From Ginglymostoma cirratum (Eukaryota), in the NCBI GenBank assembly GCA_024137785.1, contig JAHRHZ010000150.1, forward strand, positions 817,627 through 881,626: a stretch of DNA of 64,000 nt, read 5' to 3'. Numbering within the stretch: the first letter of the stretch is position 1; every line of letters begins with the position of its first letter. This document shows, one piece after another, positions 49,290 through 64,000 of this stretch. Below the pieces are notes generated by a model. It saw only the letters and a program-made list of their open reading frames with translations. It did not search any database and was not told where the DNA came from. The position numbers and the translations under genes are program-made.

Positions 49290-50490
49290 GCCTCCGCCAG
49301 GACCACTCAAATCCTGAACACATTACAGCCTTGTTCAAACATGGGCAAAAAAAAGAGCTGAATTCCAGAGATGAGGTGAGAGTGAAATCCTTTGATATCA
49401 AGGCTGCATTTGACAGAATGTAGCATCAAGGAGCCCTAGCAAAGCTGGAATTAATGGGTATCTGGGGCAAACTCTTCGGTTGGAGTCATACCTGACATAT
49501 AAGAAGATGGTCATAGCTGTTGGAAGTCAGTCATCTCCACTCCAAGCCATCTCAGCAGGAGTTCCTCTGGGGAGTCCCTAGGTGCAACCGTTTTTAGCTG
49601 CTTCATCAATGTCATTCCTTCCATTATAAGGTCAGAAGTGGGATATTCAGTAATTATTGTATTGTACAATGTTCATTTGTGACTCCTCAGACACTGAAAC
49701 AGTCTATATCCAAATGCAACAAGATCAGGACAACATCCAGGCTTGGACTGAAAGGTAACAAGTAGCATTCGTGCTGCATAGTTGCCAGGCTATGACCATC
49801 ACCAATAAGAGACAATCTAACCACTGTCATTTGACATTCAATGGTATGATATCATTGAATCCCCACTATCAACATCCTGGAGTATATCATTGATCAGAAT
49901 CTCAACATACGAAGAGCAGGTCAGCTGTTAGGAATACTGCGGCGAGTAACTCACCTCCTGACTCCCCAAAGCCTATCCACTATCGATAAAACTCAACTCA
50001 TGAGTGTGATGGAATACTCCCTACATGCCGGGATTGGTGCAGTTCCAACAACACTCAAGATACTTGACACCATCCAGGACAAAGCACCCCACTTGACAGG
50101 GATCACATTCACTAGCATCCACTCCCTCCACCACCGACGCTCAGTAGCAGCAGTGTGTATGATCTCCAAGATTCACTGCAGAAATTCACAAAAGGTCCTT
50201 GTGCACCAACTTCCAAACCCTTGGTTATTTCCATCTAAAGGGACGAGGATAGCTGATACATGGGAATACCACAACCTGCAAGTTCCCCTGCATCTCACTC
50301 GCTGTCCTGACTAGGAAATATATTTCTGTTCCTTCAGTGTCACTGGTTCGAAATCTTAGAGTTACCTCCCTAATTGCATTGTGGGTCAACCTAAAGCACA
50401 TGTTTTAAGAAGAGAGCTCACCGTGAACATTTCAAGGGGCAAATATGAATAGCAACAATTGCTGGCCCAGCCAGCAATGCCCACATCTCA
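49290..50490 (+). mobile_element. Degraded CR1/L2-like LINE 3' portion
   Basis: RT remnants (gatatcaaggctgcatttgac; gcaggagttcct) and a 3' region shared with copies at about 33130-33620 and 34160-34625. Confidence 0.75.
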
Positions 50491-50939
50491 CGTGATTTAA
50501 GAAAAATAATCATGAAGATGCTGTTTCCAATTACTTTAATACTACTCTACTTTCTCCTGGTTCACTTTGACCATCTCAGGTGAAGAAATAGGGTACTGGC
50601 TCTGAAATTGTCTGTTTCAACTTCCTTCTCTTGGTGCTCTCACGTTCCACTTCTTCTGTGCTGGAGCTTAGTCAATTATTTAACACTCGCTTCTTAGAGG
50701 CACAGGTTTCTCTTCACCCGCCATGCGCACTCAGCTCAGCTGAGCTTGATCTACCAACATCACAAATTCTAAATTGTCCACCCATCCTTAAAATATTTCC
50801 ATGATCTCGCATATCCTCTTTTCAATATTAGTCATCCTACCATGGGGGGCAAGGTCAAGCTATTAAAAAGGAACTGAAAGCAATGAGTCATGCCTGGGCA
50901 AAGAAGGAGTCGGGGTTACATAAACAAAACTGCTTTAAC

Positions 50940-51710
50940 AACTTGACGTTTCGGGCCTAGACCCTTCATCAGAAATGGGGGAGGGGAAGAGGGTTCTGAA
51001 ATAAATAGGGAGAGACGGGGAGGCGGATAGAGGATGGATAGAGGAGAGGGTAGGTGGAGAGGANNNNNNNNNNNNNNNNNNNNNNNNNNNNNNNNNNNNN
51101 NNNNNNNNNNNNNNNNNNNNNNNNNNNNNNNNNNNNNNNNNNNNNNNNNNNNNNNNNNNNNNNNNNNNNNNNNNNNNNNNNNNNNNNNNNNNNNNNNNNN
51201 NNNNNNNNNNNNNNNNNNNNNNNNNNNNNNNNNNNNNNNNNNNNNNNNNNNNNNNNNNNNNNNNNNNNNNNNNNNNNNNNNNNNNNNNNNNNNNNNNNNN
51301 NNNNNNNNNNNNNNNNNNNNNNNNNNNNNNNNNNNNNNNNNNNNNNNNNNNNNNNNNNNNNNNNNNNNNNNNNNNNNNNNNNNNNNNNNNNNNNNNNNNN
51401 NNNNNNNNNNNNNNNNNNNNNNNNNNNNNNNNNNNNNNNNNNNNNNNNNNNNNNNNNNNNNNNTCCAACCCTGCCTCTTTGACCTATCTGTCTCCACTCC
51501 ACCTATCTTTTCCTTTATTCATCTTCTATCCGCCTCCCCTCTCTCCCTATTTATTTCAAAACCCCCTTCTCCTCCCCCATTTCTGAAGAAGGGGCTCGAC
51601 TCGAAACGTCAGCCTTCCTGCTCCTATGATGTTGCTTGGCCTGCTGTGTTCATCCAGCTCTACACTGTGTTATCTCAGATTCTCCAGCATCGGCAGTTCC
51701 TACTATCTCT
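50940..51710. mobile_element. Fold-back Penelope-derived element spanning assembly gap 51064-51463
   Basis: Inverted arms of the same family as 5868-6957 either side of 400 N. Confidence 0.8.
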
Positions 51711-54700
51711 GTAACAGTGTTATTCACTAGTTTGTTTCTAGCGTATTATGCAATCCATTTATTATAAACTGTGGGAAATTCTAGTTCCAGACATCAGAAT
51801 TACAATCTGATGAAGAATCTGCAGCGTTTAATGGGCGGTAGTATTCCAATATCAAAACAAATAGATACAAGCTGAAAAAATACTTCCAAATTTCACTGCA
51901 ATTGTTTATGTTCTGTATTTCCAAACCATCACTAACAATATAGTCCTGTGAAAATTTCCAATCCTACTCATTTCTCCCTATGTATTTTTAAAATTACTCT
52001 TCGTTAGTTTCAGCATGAATAAACAGGGTGATTTGGGAGTGACACGCATCTCTGCCATTCTGAAGAAAGAACATTGCAAAATAGAGAGATTGTCATAAGT
52101 AATTAAATTAGAAATTTCAACAACATAAAACGAGTTATTTGTCTACATGGAATTTAAATCAGTAATTATCGCAAATATTACTTTTCCACTTGTATTATTC
52201 TGTAATAATTTGGACAAAAGCACAGTACGTGAAATGTGAAAAACCCTGTTACAATTAACTTGGAATTTCACTGTGATTGTGAGCATTATTTATTTTGACC
52301 TTTGCCTCTCTTTATGTGTCTAATGTTAACATAAGTATAACTTCTGCTTTTTTTCCCCCCATCAATTCAGTTGAAAATCCAACGGTCTCACAGTTGGCTG
52401 GATAGAAATTGTAATCTCCACTCTCCATGAAAGCTTGTATAACTAGACATCAACAATGGTGACCGAAATGGTGACCAATCAAACAGGCTGACAGATAAAT
52501 CTATTCAGGCACTGTACCGGTTCAGTCAGAGTAACAAACAAATGAGAGACATCAAGTGAGATTATTCTTAAATGTTCGTCATTTAAATGTTCTTTGAAGA
52601 TAAAATAGTCCTTTATCCATATTTTATTTGCATGGATTTGCAGACTAAAACAAGAGTAATTTTTACATTGCACCACCTCCAACGGCAGTAACTGAAGGAT
52701 ACTAGAGGTATTGAAGACTTAGCATAGAAACCTGGAAAAATTTCTCAGATATCTCTGCCACCTCCCTTGCACCAAACCACATAACATGCTGGTTAAGGCT
52801 TTGTTTCTGCTCCCTTCACCAATACATGATCAATCGCCAGAACTCTCTCACAAATGTCTCTTTTCTAAATCAAAATTGGGTGTATTCAATGGCATTGTGC
52901 CTAGAATCGTAGAGTCGTACAGCATGGAAGCACACACTTCCATTCCAAACAGATATAAGAAACTGAAGTAGCCCATTTGTTTGCATTTGGCCCATATTCC
53001 TCTAAATTTTTCGCATCCATGTACCTATCCAGACGTCTTTTCAAAGTTATAATTGTCTCCGCCTCCACCATCTCCTCCAGCTGCTCATTCCATATGTGCA
53101 ACATGTTCTGTGATAAACCGTTGCCCCTCAGGTCCCTTTTGAATATTTCCCCTCTCACTTTAAATCTATGCTGTAGAGTTTTGGACTCGCCTACCAAGGG
53201 GAAAAGACCTTGGCTATTCACCTTATGTATGCCCCTCATGACTTTATTAACGTCTATAAAAAACAACCCTCAGCTTCTGATACTCCAGGGAGAAAGGTCC
53301 CAACTAATCAGGCCCCTGTTTATAACTAAAACATTCCAGACTCAGTAACATCCTTGTCAATCTTTTCTGAATTCAAGTCCTGTAGTCAATGTTACGATCG
53401 ATGAAGGTAAGCGTGCCAACCTCCTTCTTCACCAAACTGTCCACCTGCGGTGAAACTTTCAAGGAAATGTGTAATTCCTGTGGTGGCTATCTTTCGTGGA
53501 TAAATAACATTCTTTTCTTTACAAAGTGCAGTAAAAAAAACCCACTATGTTAGAAAAAAATATGCAATAGTAACATCAATATCCTTCATCGACCTCAGAA
53601 GCTGCTCCTTATCGGTAATTATTGTGATTCATTTTTCAAGTGAACACACAATTAATTCTCTGAGGAAGGACTGAAAAGTTTGAAGTGGATTCCAGCAGCA
53701 CATGATTTAACTGCAATAACAAAAGTGAAGGAGGTCTGATAAATTCTGTTCAAATATTTGATATGGGTTGTAGTGGATTCTCATTCGAATCAATTCTTCT
53801 AGGGAACTGCATTGAGGGATTCACTCCAGAGACAGGAATATTCTGTGTGTTCAAATTAACCCTTTCAATTGCTCGTTTTCTAGTTCCAGAACCCCAAAGA
53901 GTCCTGACAAGGAATCATCAAATCAGTTGCTCCTTTTATAATCGTTTATAAATTGTGTGTGTAACTGTTCAACAATCCACCATCTGTGAGATATGGACCA
54001 TAATAGCAACTAGGTTTGAGTGGGCACCTGTGTTCACTTAAAAAATAAGGTATTAACATTCCAATAACTTCATGCTTTCAATATCCTTCCCACCCTCACT
54101 CGGATTTGTTTGCTATCAGCCTTCATGCTCAAAGCCACACACTTCGTGTTTTATTTAGCACTTTGTAAATTGGTGGAATGACATTAAGTCCAATAATTTT
54201 TATCATGTGTCAACGCCTCCTATCTATTGGGGCAGCTGGTGATGATAAATCTTCCATAGCCTGGCAGAGGCCCAGGTAACACTTGTGGGGAAATGGTAAT
54301 AATCCTGTCTCTGAGGCAGGTGGCCTGGATTCAGATCCTACTCTCTCGAGAGCTGTGAAATAATATCAGAACAATAATCGTATCATAATAATGCAGCCAT
54401 GGTGCTTGCTGGGAAAAGAATGGCAGGAAAAAGAATGAAATGGCAGAATATGAAGAATGATTTAAGAAAAAAAAACTTAGCTGAAATCTTCCTGACTTTC
54501 AGATTCTCGAGCAATTTCCCTTTCAGTGAATGCAATGATATTATTACAGGTAAAGCAAGTGGAAGATAAAATGCTCGAAGATCGACAGCTGAAGCTTTGT
54601 TCCAGGGTGCTGAACAGATTTCCTGATTATCCTGTTACCAGTGTCAGAGTTTGAATCGGCTGAGCTATTGTACTTCCACACCCAATAAAAGCATATTTAT

Positions 54701-55609
54701 TTTTTGCTACTCAGGGCCTTGGTAAGGCCACAACCTGAGTATTTTTTGCACTTTTTGTCCAGTTGTCTGAGGAAGGGCACTTTTGCTATTGAGGGAGTCA
54801 AGCGAAGGTTCACCAGGCTGATTCCTGGGATGGCAGGACTGACATACGATTTAGAAGAACCAGGGGGATCTCATAGAAATATAAAATTCTGATGGGGCTG
54901 GAAAGGCTAAATGCAGGAAGACTGTTCTCAATGTTGGGGAAGTCCAAGATAAGGGTTCACCGTCAAACAACAAGGAGTAAGCCATTCTGGACTGAGATGA
55001 AGAAGAATTTGTTCACTCAGAGAGTTTTGAACCTATGGAATTCTCTACCAAAGAAAGCTGTTGGGGGCAGTTTGTTTTAGATATATTCAGAGAACTGGGG
55101 CATGGCCCTTGTCTTTAAAGGGATCAAGGGGAATTGAGAAAAAGCAGGGGTGGGATACTGAAATTGCATTATCAGCCATGATCATACTGAGTTTTGGTTC
55201 AGGAATGAAGGGCCGAATGGCCTCCGACTGCACCTATTTTCTATGTTTCCATGTTTATAGCAGCTTTGGAAAAATTTCACAGAATCATTGTGAGAAATCC
55301 ATTGTAACTGAGGGAACAACTTAAGGAAAGGAGCCTGTCAGCATTGCCTTAATGAGCCAGTATGGGGAAGGCTTTATATACGCTTCTCCCAGGCTCACAT
55401 TGTAACATACAGTTATAGAGTCCGGGTAATGATGAAAATCAATGCCCGGTTTCCTCAGTCGCACCAAAGTTAAAGATTGTGTAACAGATGCAAATCTCCC
55501 CAGTTTCCCTGGTAAAACAAAGGCTACCTGGCATGTTATCTCACTTACATCAGTTTGTTCAGTTTCACTCCCCTAGTGACGCGAATTTCACTGTAGGACG
55601 TGAAAGGGT

Positions 55610-56160
55610 AAGAAAGAAAAAGGGTGAGAAAGCTATAGAGAGGGTGAGACAGTGAGAAAGGGCAAGAAAAAAAAAGAGACAGAAAATAAGGAACAATAGA
55701 GGGAGAAATGTTCAGCGAGAGAAAGAGAACAATAGAGAGAGAGTGAAGAAAGATAGAAAGAGAGTGATAGAAAGAAAGTGGAAGTGATCATGAAATGGTG
55801 AGAGTGTGAACAAGTGAGAGATCGATTATATGAGGGAGAAAAAAGAAGAAAGTGAGAAAGAACAAGAGTGGGAGCGCAAGAGAGGAAGAGACAAGGCTTT
55901 TGAGAGAAAGAGAGATAGGGTGACAGAATGAAAGGGTGAGAGATAAAGCTGAGAGAGACTAAGGGTGACAGAAAGAGGGAGAAAAAAAGTGAGAGGGAGA
56001 TGTAGAAAGCTGAGAGAGAAGGGGTGACGGACGAGAGGGAGGTTGAGTGTGAGAGCAAGCTGAGAGAGTGAACAGGTGACAAAGAGTCAGGGAGAGAGAG
56101 TGTGTGAGAGGGATAAATAAAGAGTGTGACAGAGAGAGAGGTTGAGATAGAGTGAAAGTC
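55610..56160 (+). repeat. Degenerate GA-rich low-complexity tract
   Basis: Purine-rich (GA)n-like sequence. Confidence 0.85.
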
Positions 56161-58359
56161 CTCTTGCAATGAAGGACAACATGTTATCTGTCTTCTTATG
56201 TGAATTGAACTTGCCTTCCCCACACTCTCACGCAGGGTGTTCCAGATCCTAACCACTCACTGTGTGAAGTCAATGTTTTCTCCATCTTACTTCTGCGGCT
56301 TTAACCAAGTCCTCTCAATCTGGGACCTCTGGTTTTGAATCTCTCTGTGAGTAGGAACCTTTAATTCCTCTAATCTGGCCCAGATCTCACATCATTTTGT
56401 AGATTTCCCTCTGATCCTTCCTCAGCCGAATATTTTTCAGGAAACTGTCTCCAACTCCTCCAATCGATGATTCATACTGAACATCCTCATCCTGAGAGAT
56501 TTTTTCACAACCTGTTTGACATTGTCTCGATTGTTTCCACAATTCTCCCGATCATGTGCTTTCCAGAACAGGAAACAATGCTGCAGCTGAACCCGAATTG
56601 GTGCATTGTAAAAGCACAACAACATCTCATTGCTATCGCCCAGGTCCAAGTCGTAGTATTCTTTAAGAGATGTTTTCTCAGCCTACCCTGCCAACGTTGA
56701 TGATGTAAGTCCATGTCTGCCTTTGCATGTCTTCACCTGCAAAGCCCATTTTGCTTTAGATGCTAAAATGTTAGATCAACTTTGTTCTTCTGACCTAAAT
56801 CTATCACCTCACTCTTTTACACATTGGATTTCATTGTCTACATATCTATCTACTCCACCAACATCCTGGTATCTTTCTGACGTTCAACACTATCTTGTTA
56901 GCAGTTGTCAGCTTCCCATTTTACTGTTTTCAACATATTTTTATATTGTGTCTGCATATCAGGAAACAATAAACATCAAGAAAACCACGGGTCCCAACAT
57001 TCATCCAACATCTCTGGCCTTTGGGAAATATATGTGTTTGTCTGCCTGTTTAACGGTGCCCATTTTCTCACCCAAACCCCTGCATTATCACCACAAGTCT
57101 TCCTCATTGTTCTCCTCCAAACCTCTGGCAGTAACCAGTAGCATATCATTTGTCCTCTTTGTTGGTTGCAATCTCACATTAAATATTCAATTGTTGTATA
57201 CAGGATATTATCATTCCCATTGGAATTTTTCAACATTTTAAACAGAAACATTCTGCTTTTCTCTGTGCTTCCTACAAAAATGAATCACATTTCACCAGGT
57301 TAATTTAAATCACTGTTCTAATCAACGTGTTGTCATTACAAACTCCTGGAGCAGATGGGAATTGAACCCAGATTTCCCTGTGCAGGAGAAGAGACACTAC
57401 CACTGTGCTATAATTCACCATTATATAATCCTGTCTGCCAATGTTTTAAGTTTAAGTCACACGATACAGACAGCAAGGTTGAAGGGAGACCTGACGGAAG
57501 TTTTCAGATTGTAAGTGGAATGGATAGAGTGGAAAGAATGAGGTGTTTTTTCCCGAAGGTTGGGGAGTCAATTACTAGGGGGTACATGTTCATGTTTTTG
57601 GAGGGAAAGTTTAAAGGAAATGCTACGAGGCAAGGTTTTCACACAAAAGAGTCATGAGTGCCTGGAATGCATTGCCAGAAGAGGTGGTGGAAGCAAACCC
57701 ATATCATCATTCAAGGAGCACCTGGACAAAACCATGAATAAGAAGGGAATAGAGGTATACAGATCCTGTAAGGAAAGACAGCTTTAGTATAGAAGGGTGT
57801 AATGTTTCGGCTCAGTTTGGAGGGCCGAAGGGTCTGGCCCTGTGCTATATTGTTGTCAGTTCGTCTTCTTTGTTCTATACAATGTGATGTGATGTAGCAA
57901 AGTCTGTTACACTCAGTACCTTCATTTGGTAGTGTTCTCACATCCGTTAGAAAAGTCACATGGGGGAAGAATGCCATTGGGTTTGAAAGTGTGGTTTGGG
58001 TAGGCGATGGGTATTTTCATATGACACAGAATTAATTTGTAAATCTCTGCAACAAACAGAAACTCATACCAGGTCGGTTGTTAATTTTTTTAAATCCGAT
58101 ATTGCAAGATTTCATGACTTGTTAACATTGAAAAGAGAAAATCTCGGCCTTTCTATTTTCCCATCGATAGGATTCAACTTTCTCTTCATTAAGTTCCATC
58201 AGGACTTTGTCAGGGCTGCCCGTAGCTGTTTGGATTGGTGTATTCATTCCAGAAGAAGGGTTACTCTGCATTCTCTCTCTACAGATACTGTAAAATATTT
58301 TGCAATAATTTCTGTTTTTGCTTGTGTATTGATTTGAGTTATTGCACTTTGTTCATCAT

Positions 58360-60122
58360 AGGCATGAGACGTATTATTGGATCAAGTTAAAGGCCTAAAT
58401 CAACCATAGAGACACTTGTCGCCTGTGGGAAGGCCTAAACAACATAATGGGATACAAAATGAGAGCTGACGAAAAATAAAAAAATTCCCTCCCGAACGCT
58501 TTCAATGCTTTCTATGCTTGGTTCAAGCAGAATACCATCGACGTGCTGCCACCTTCCCCAACTGCCTGGAAACGCCTTTTCCCTCCATCACTGCTGCAGA
58601 CGCAGGTTCAGTCTTTCTGAGTGTCAACCCAAGGAGAGCAACGGTCTCGGATGGAATTCTCGATTGTGCACTTAGACCCTGTGCGAACCAGCTGGCAGAG
58701 GTATCAACTGACATCTTCAACCTCTCCCTCCTAAAAGTCAAAGTCCCCACCTCCTTCAAAAAGACCACCATCATCCTGGTACCAAAGAAAGCACGTGCAA
58801 TATGCCTTGATGACGACAGCCCAATGGCTCTCACTTCCATAATCCTGAAGTGCTTTGAAAGACTATTCATAACACACGTCGACTCAAGCCTCCCAGACCG
58901 CCTGATCCTCTACAGATCGCCTACTGATGTAACAGTTTCACTGTGGACGCTATTTACATAGCACGGCATTCAATCCTGGAACATCTGGGCAGCAATGACA
59001 CCTACGTCAGACTCATACCCATCGCATACAGCTCCCCCTTCGACACCATACAATCCCGCCCACCCCCGCAAAGTGATCTTAATATTCTAAGACCTAGGTC
59101 TCGGCTCTGTCCTCTACTGGGTCCCTAGTTTCCTGACCCCTAGACGGCAATCATTGAAGATAGAAAACTGTATCGCCTCCATGATAACCCTCAACTTGGA
59201 GGCGGTAGTGTTGCATTCTCAGTTGTCCTACTGTACTCCCTGTTTACCCACTGCTGCGCAGCCAAATTCCAAATGAACGCCATCAACAAATTTGCTGATG
59301 CCAGCAGGGTTGCAGGGCAGCTATCAAACAACGATGAGTCAGAATACAAAAAGGAGATAGACGGCTTGATTTTGTGGTTCAATGATAACAACCTCTTCTT
59401 CGATGTTGGCAAAACAAAAGAACTGATCATTGGCTTCAGAAAGAAAGGAGAGAACATGCTCCCAACAACATCAATGGAACTGATGTTTAGAGGTTTGAGG
59501 GCGTCCAAGTTCCTAGGAGCGATGGCAACTGACAGCCTGTCCGGGAAGTGCTACGCTGATGCGATGGTAAAGAAGACACAACAACGCTTAAGGCTTAGAA
59601 AATTCAACATGTCCGTGAGAACCCTCACTAACTTTTACTGATGCACCATAGTAGACATACTGTCCAAGTGCACAACTCTGCTTTGCCCATGACCATAAGA
59701 AAGTACAGAAGGTTAAGTGCACAGCCCAGACTATCATGGAAGCCAACCTTCCATCCGTGGACTCCATTTACACCTGTAATTTCCGCGGAAAGGTTGCCAA
59801 AATCGACAAATACACCTCCCACCCCGTAATGCCCTCATACAACCTCTTCCATCAGGCAAAAGATACAGAATCTTGAACGCACGCACCAAACAACTGGTTC
59901 ACAAACTGCTTCTTCCATGCCATTATTAGTCTGACCAACGGACTCTTTAGCTTCACATAATAATGATTTTGTTAATGTTGATCTTGCTTCACGTATCTTC
60001 TATGCAGTGTAGCCTATATGCCTCACACTGCCTGTGATCTGTACTTCATTGCTAGATGTGAGCTGCCTGCCTTGATCGTAAACCAAACTTATCTTTGCAC
60101 GTGACAATAAATCAAATCAAAT
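58360..60122 (+). mobile_element. Rex1/Babar-like non-LTR retrotransposon remnant
   Basis: CANQLAEVSTDIFNLSL...VPTSFKKTTIILVPKK...PMALTSIILKCFERL and INKFADAS...KTKELIIGFRK; 3' end gacaataaatcaaatcaaat. Confidence 0.8.
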
Positions 60123-62169
60123 TAAATGATATTGAAACAATCAGTACAGTTTAGTTATTTTCCGATCTTCTGCAGGGGGTCACAGATTTACCGTCGTCCG
60201 ATTTATGAACACTCTTACTTCCCAAGGCAATTGCACACAATTTGAAATATGCGACATACAAAGGTTGCCTTTAATATGAACAGGTGCTTTATGTTGTCCT
60301 GCATTGTGTTCTGACTTGTGTCCGAATTGATTGGCAAATGTACTCCAGAATGGAACCAATTCGCACTCTGGGGAGTGCCTGTCCTTTAAGAGCTGAATTC
60401 TACAACACTCCGAACTCCAGAATAAATTCAATTAACGTTCACTCTGAAATAACGCAGGGGAGTAACCTCACGGCGTCCCTCTCAAATGTTATGTTTGATT
60501 ACCGAGTTAGAGGAATCACTACACCAATAATAAATCAGGAGGTGGGACTGAAGGGTTTTGAGTGAACAGCAGCGGCAATTGCCAGAAATAAGTTCCGCTG
60601 GATTGAGTATTGAATAAACAGATACAGATATATTCAATAATGAGTGAATTTGTTTTCTGTCGTGATCTGTTCTCACATTAATATGAATACACTCAGTTTG
60701 AATGATGTTTTAGTCTCACTATTCCACCAGTAATCCTGCAGAGTATTGATTGATATCTTTGGAAAATTTTCTCCTCAGAGTTTAACACAGATCTCATGCC
60801 TGGAAGAAAAAAGAGGAGAAAAGAGATCTCTTCCCTCAGGAAGTAACTCTTCTACGTATATATGTACTAAAAATCCATGACGGGACTCACTTATACTTAG
60901 CGGCCATAATAATAGAAGTAGAATCAGGACGAGACCATTCAGCCCCTCGAGCATGATCTACCATTCGTTGAGATCGTGTCTGATCTCAGCTCGGCCTCAA
61001 CTCCACTTTCCTGCCCGCTATCCAAAACCCTTTAAACCGGCCCTCACTAAAAATCTGTTTATCCACCCTGAAATGCCCTGGCACTCACTGCGCTATGGGA
61101 GATGGGTTCCACTGATGGTCAACTCTTTGAGCGAAGGAAATCCTGCTCATATTTGTTTTAAATCAACCCCCCTCCCCATTCCACTTCTCTTGAAACTGTC
61201 ACCTCTTGTTCTCGATTTCTGAAGACAGGGAACCATCCTCTCTACTTACTTCATCAATCTTCTTTCACAGTCTGCAGGGGCATCGACAGAAATGGCAGCT
61301 AAACAAATATTTTGCGTCAGTATTTAAGTTGGAAGATATTTCGAACATCCCATTAACGCTGAAAAAAAAAGGGTGAGGAACTAATTCCTACCACCATCAC
61401 TGTAGAATTAGTGTTCAACAAACTAATGGCGTTGAAGCCATAACACCCCCCACCCTGATGATTTGAATCCTTGGAACTGAAAACAACCAGCTACAAAGAT
61501 AGTGGATGCATTGGGTGTAATTTTATGAAAATCCTTGAACTTTCGGGATGTATTGGAGCTTTGGAAAACTGCCAATGAGACAACCTTATTCAAAAAGAGA
61601 AGGAGGCAAAAAGTATGTAACGATCTGCTGTTTGGCCTGACATATATTGTTGGAATAGTATTGTAATCAATTATTTGGGATGTAATAGCAGAACACTTGC
61701 AAAATCATAACCTTATCAATCAGAATCAGTATGTTTTCATGCAGAAAAAACTGTGTCTGACTAATTTATTGGATGTTCCCAATCATAAAATTCCTCCACT
61801 GTGGAAACAGGCCCTTCAGTCCAACAAGTCCACACCAACCTAAGAGCATCCAATCCAGAACAACCTCCCTATAACACACATAACCTACAGTGCCAAACAC
61901 TGAGACACCATGCCACCCTAAGCCTTAAACTCATGGCTGGGAACGTACAGACCTGGTCAGCATGGGGATTGGAAGATATCATTTAATTTGGAACAGCTAA
62001 TGGGGATTGGAATTCTTAGCATCACACTCCAACTAGCTGAGCTAACTCCAAGTCTATAAATGACATTCCATAATTAATTAAAACAAAGTGGGAGAAGGAA
62101 CATGAAGTGACTTTGTTCAACGGGAAACTGTTTGTGAGAGTATTAAAGAATCGTAGAATATTACAGTAC

Positions 62170-63380
62170 AGATACAACGTCAACATGGTTCTCACTAAAT
62201 TGAGTGAGTTTTGCGAAAAAGTACTGGAGAGGATTGATGTAGGGGGTGTGGACGTGATCTATATGGACGTCAGTTAGGCGTTCGCCAAGGCTACACATGG
62301 TAGACTAGTCAGCAAGTTTAGACTATATGGAATACAGATGGAGAACTTGCCATTTGGATACAGAACTGGCTCGAACGCAGAAGACAGAGGCTGGAGAAGA
62401 TGTGCTTTTCAGACTGGAGCTCTGTGACCAGTCGTGCGCCACCACGACCAATACTGGTTCCACTGTTTTTCATCATTAGTTTAAATCATTTGGCTGTGAA
62501 CATAAGAGGCATGTTAGCAAGTTTGCAGGTGACACCAAGCTGGAGGTGTAGAAGACAGTGAAGAAGGTTACCTCCGAGTGCAACGGGACCATAATAAGAT
62601 GGGTCAATGCGCCAAGGAGTGGCAAATAGATTTTAATTTCGTTAATGTGAGGTGCTGCATTTTGGAAAGGCAAATCACGGCAGGGACTATACAGTTATTG
62701 GTGATGTCCTGGGGAGTGTTGCTGTACAAGAGTCCTTGGAGTGCAGGTTCGTAATTTCTTGAAAGTGGATCCGCAGGTAGACAGGATAGTGAAGATGGCG
62801 TTTGGTTAGCTTGACATTCTTGGTCAGTGTGTTGAGTTCAGGAGTTGGCAGGTCATATTACATCTGTACAGGACATTCGGTTGGCAGAATTTGAAATGCT
62901 GCTCGTATTTGTGTCTGCCTGCTATAGGAAAAATGTTGCGAACCTGGAAATAGTTCAGAAAAGATTGACAAAGAAGGTACCAGGTTTGGAGGGTTTGAGC
63001 TGAGTAAACTGATAATATTTTTCCTGGAAGGTCGCAAGCGGAGGGATGACCTTTTAGAGATTTATAAATCATGAAATGCGTGGATAATTGGAATAGCCAA
63101 GGTCTTTTCCCTGGGATGGGGGAGTCCAAAACTGCAGGGCATGAGTTTGAAGTGACACGGTAAAGATTTGAAAAGGATTTCAGGGACAACATTTTCACTC
63201 AGAGGGTGATCAGTATATGGAGGCTGGTAAAAATACGATATTTATAAGGAACCTGGTTGGGTATATGAAAAGGAAAGGTTTAGAGGAATATTGGACAAAG
63301 GCTGGCAAATGAGACTCGCTTAATTTAGGATGTCTGGTCAGCATGGATGGGTCAAAATGCCTATTTCCATACTGGACAGT
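62170..63380 (+). mobile_element. Degraded CR1-clade LINE (RT to 3' end)
   Basis: gtggacgtgatctatatggac (VDVIYMD), aagtttgcaggtgacaccaag (KFAxDTK) and CR1 C-terminal motifs. Confidence 0.8.
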
Positions 63381-64000
63381 CCTCTGTCTCTCTATATTAT
63401 CCTACTATCTGAAATCGTTCCTTTCTAGTTTCATTCTTGTCAATCTCCTTTGAACTGTCTCCAAGGCTTTTTCTGTCCTTCATTCATTCATGTGATGAGG
63501 CTGTAACTCTCTAGGCATAATTTATTGCTTATCTCAGCTGCTCAGAGAGCAGTTCAGAAGTGAATCACGTTGCTGTAGTTCTGGCATCACATGTAGGCCA
63601 GACCAGGTAAGGATGGCAGTTTCCTTCCCTCAAAGGGCATCAGTGAACCAAATTTATTTTTTCCTTCCTGACAATAGACAACGATCACCATTATACACTT
63701 AAGTCCAGACATTTTAAAATCGAATTTAAAGTTGACCATATGCCATGGCAGGATTCGAAAGCAGGACCCCAGAATATTACGAAGTCTTCTGGGTCAATGC
63801 TCAACAATGATGTCAGATGACCAGTTAAAATCCTTCCTTAAATAACGGACCCAGGACTGAGCACAAGACTCCAAATGTGGTCTGATCAATGATTTGTAGA
63901 CATGTAACATCGGCTCCTTGTTTTTATGCGCTATCCAATATTTATAAACGTGAGGATCCTTGGTAGCAATCGTCTGAAGTTGCCTGGCAACCTTCAGAGA

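Noticed and set aside
50916-51714. Long ORFs full of X
   Set aside because: Artefacts of translating through N gaps.
52221-52245. CACAGTA ... TGAAAAACC RSS-like pair
   Set aside because: 9-bp spacer and no adjacent gene segment.
55488-55495. Octamer ATGCAAAT as an Ig V promoter
   Set aside because: No leader or V exon nearby; expected by chance in 64 kb.

Overview
Eukaryotic genomic DNA, most likely from a cartilaginous fish (shark): HE1-type SINEs, CR1 and Penelope-like elements, and a shark-type TCR beta constant region. It covers the 3' end of the T-cell receptor beta (TRB) locus. On the + strand is an intact four-exon TRBC gene (7873-14921), followed about 9 kb later by a candidate T-cell enhancer. 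The main observation is on the - strand, facing TRBC tail-to-tail: a second, complete and very divergent TCR D-J-C cassette. It has a candidate D with 12/23 RSS at 43.7 kb, a clear J (NAEQYFGEGTRLTVL) with 12-RSS at 43.4 kb, and four constant exons at 36.8, 33.9, 32.9 and 31.8 kb. By eye its C domain is only about a quarter identical to the neighbouring TRBC, resembles bony-vertebrate TRBC in the N-terminal half, and has a TRG-like SWLTIP motif. It carries two in-frame stops but all splice sites and phases are intact, suggesting an old TCR chain lineage inactivated only recently. Further on are GPR139-like GPCR pseudogenes. The rest is mostly transposon remnants, simple repeats and three assembly gaps. 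Repeat boundaries are approximate and no database search was run.
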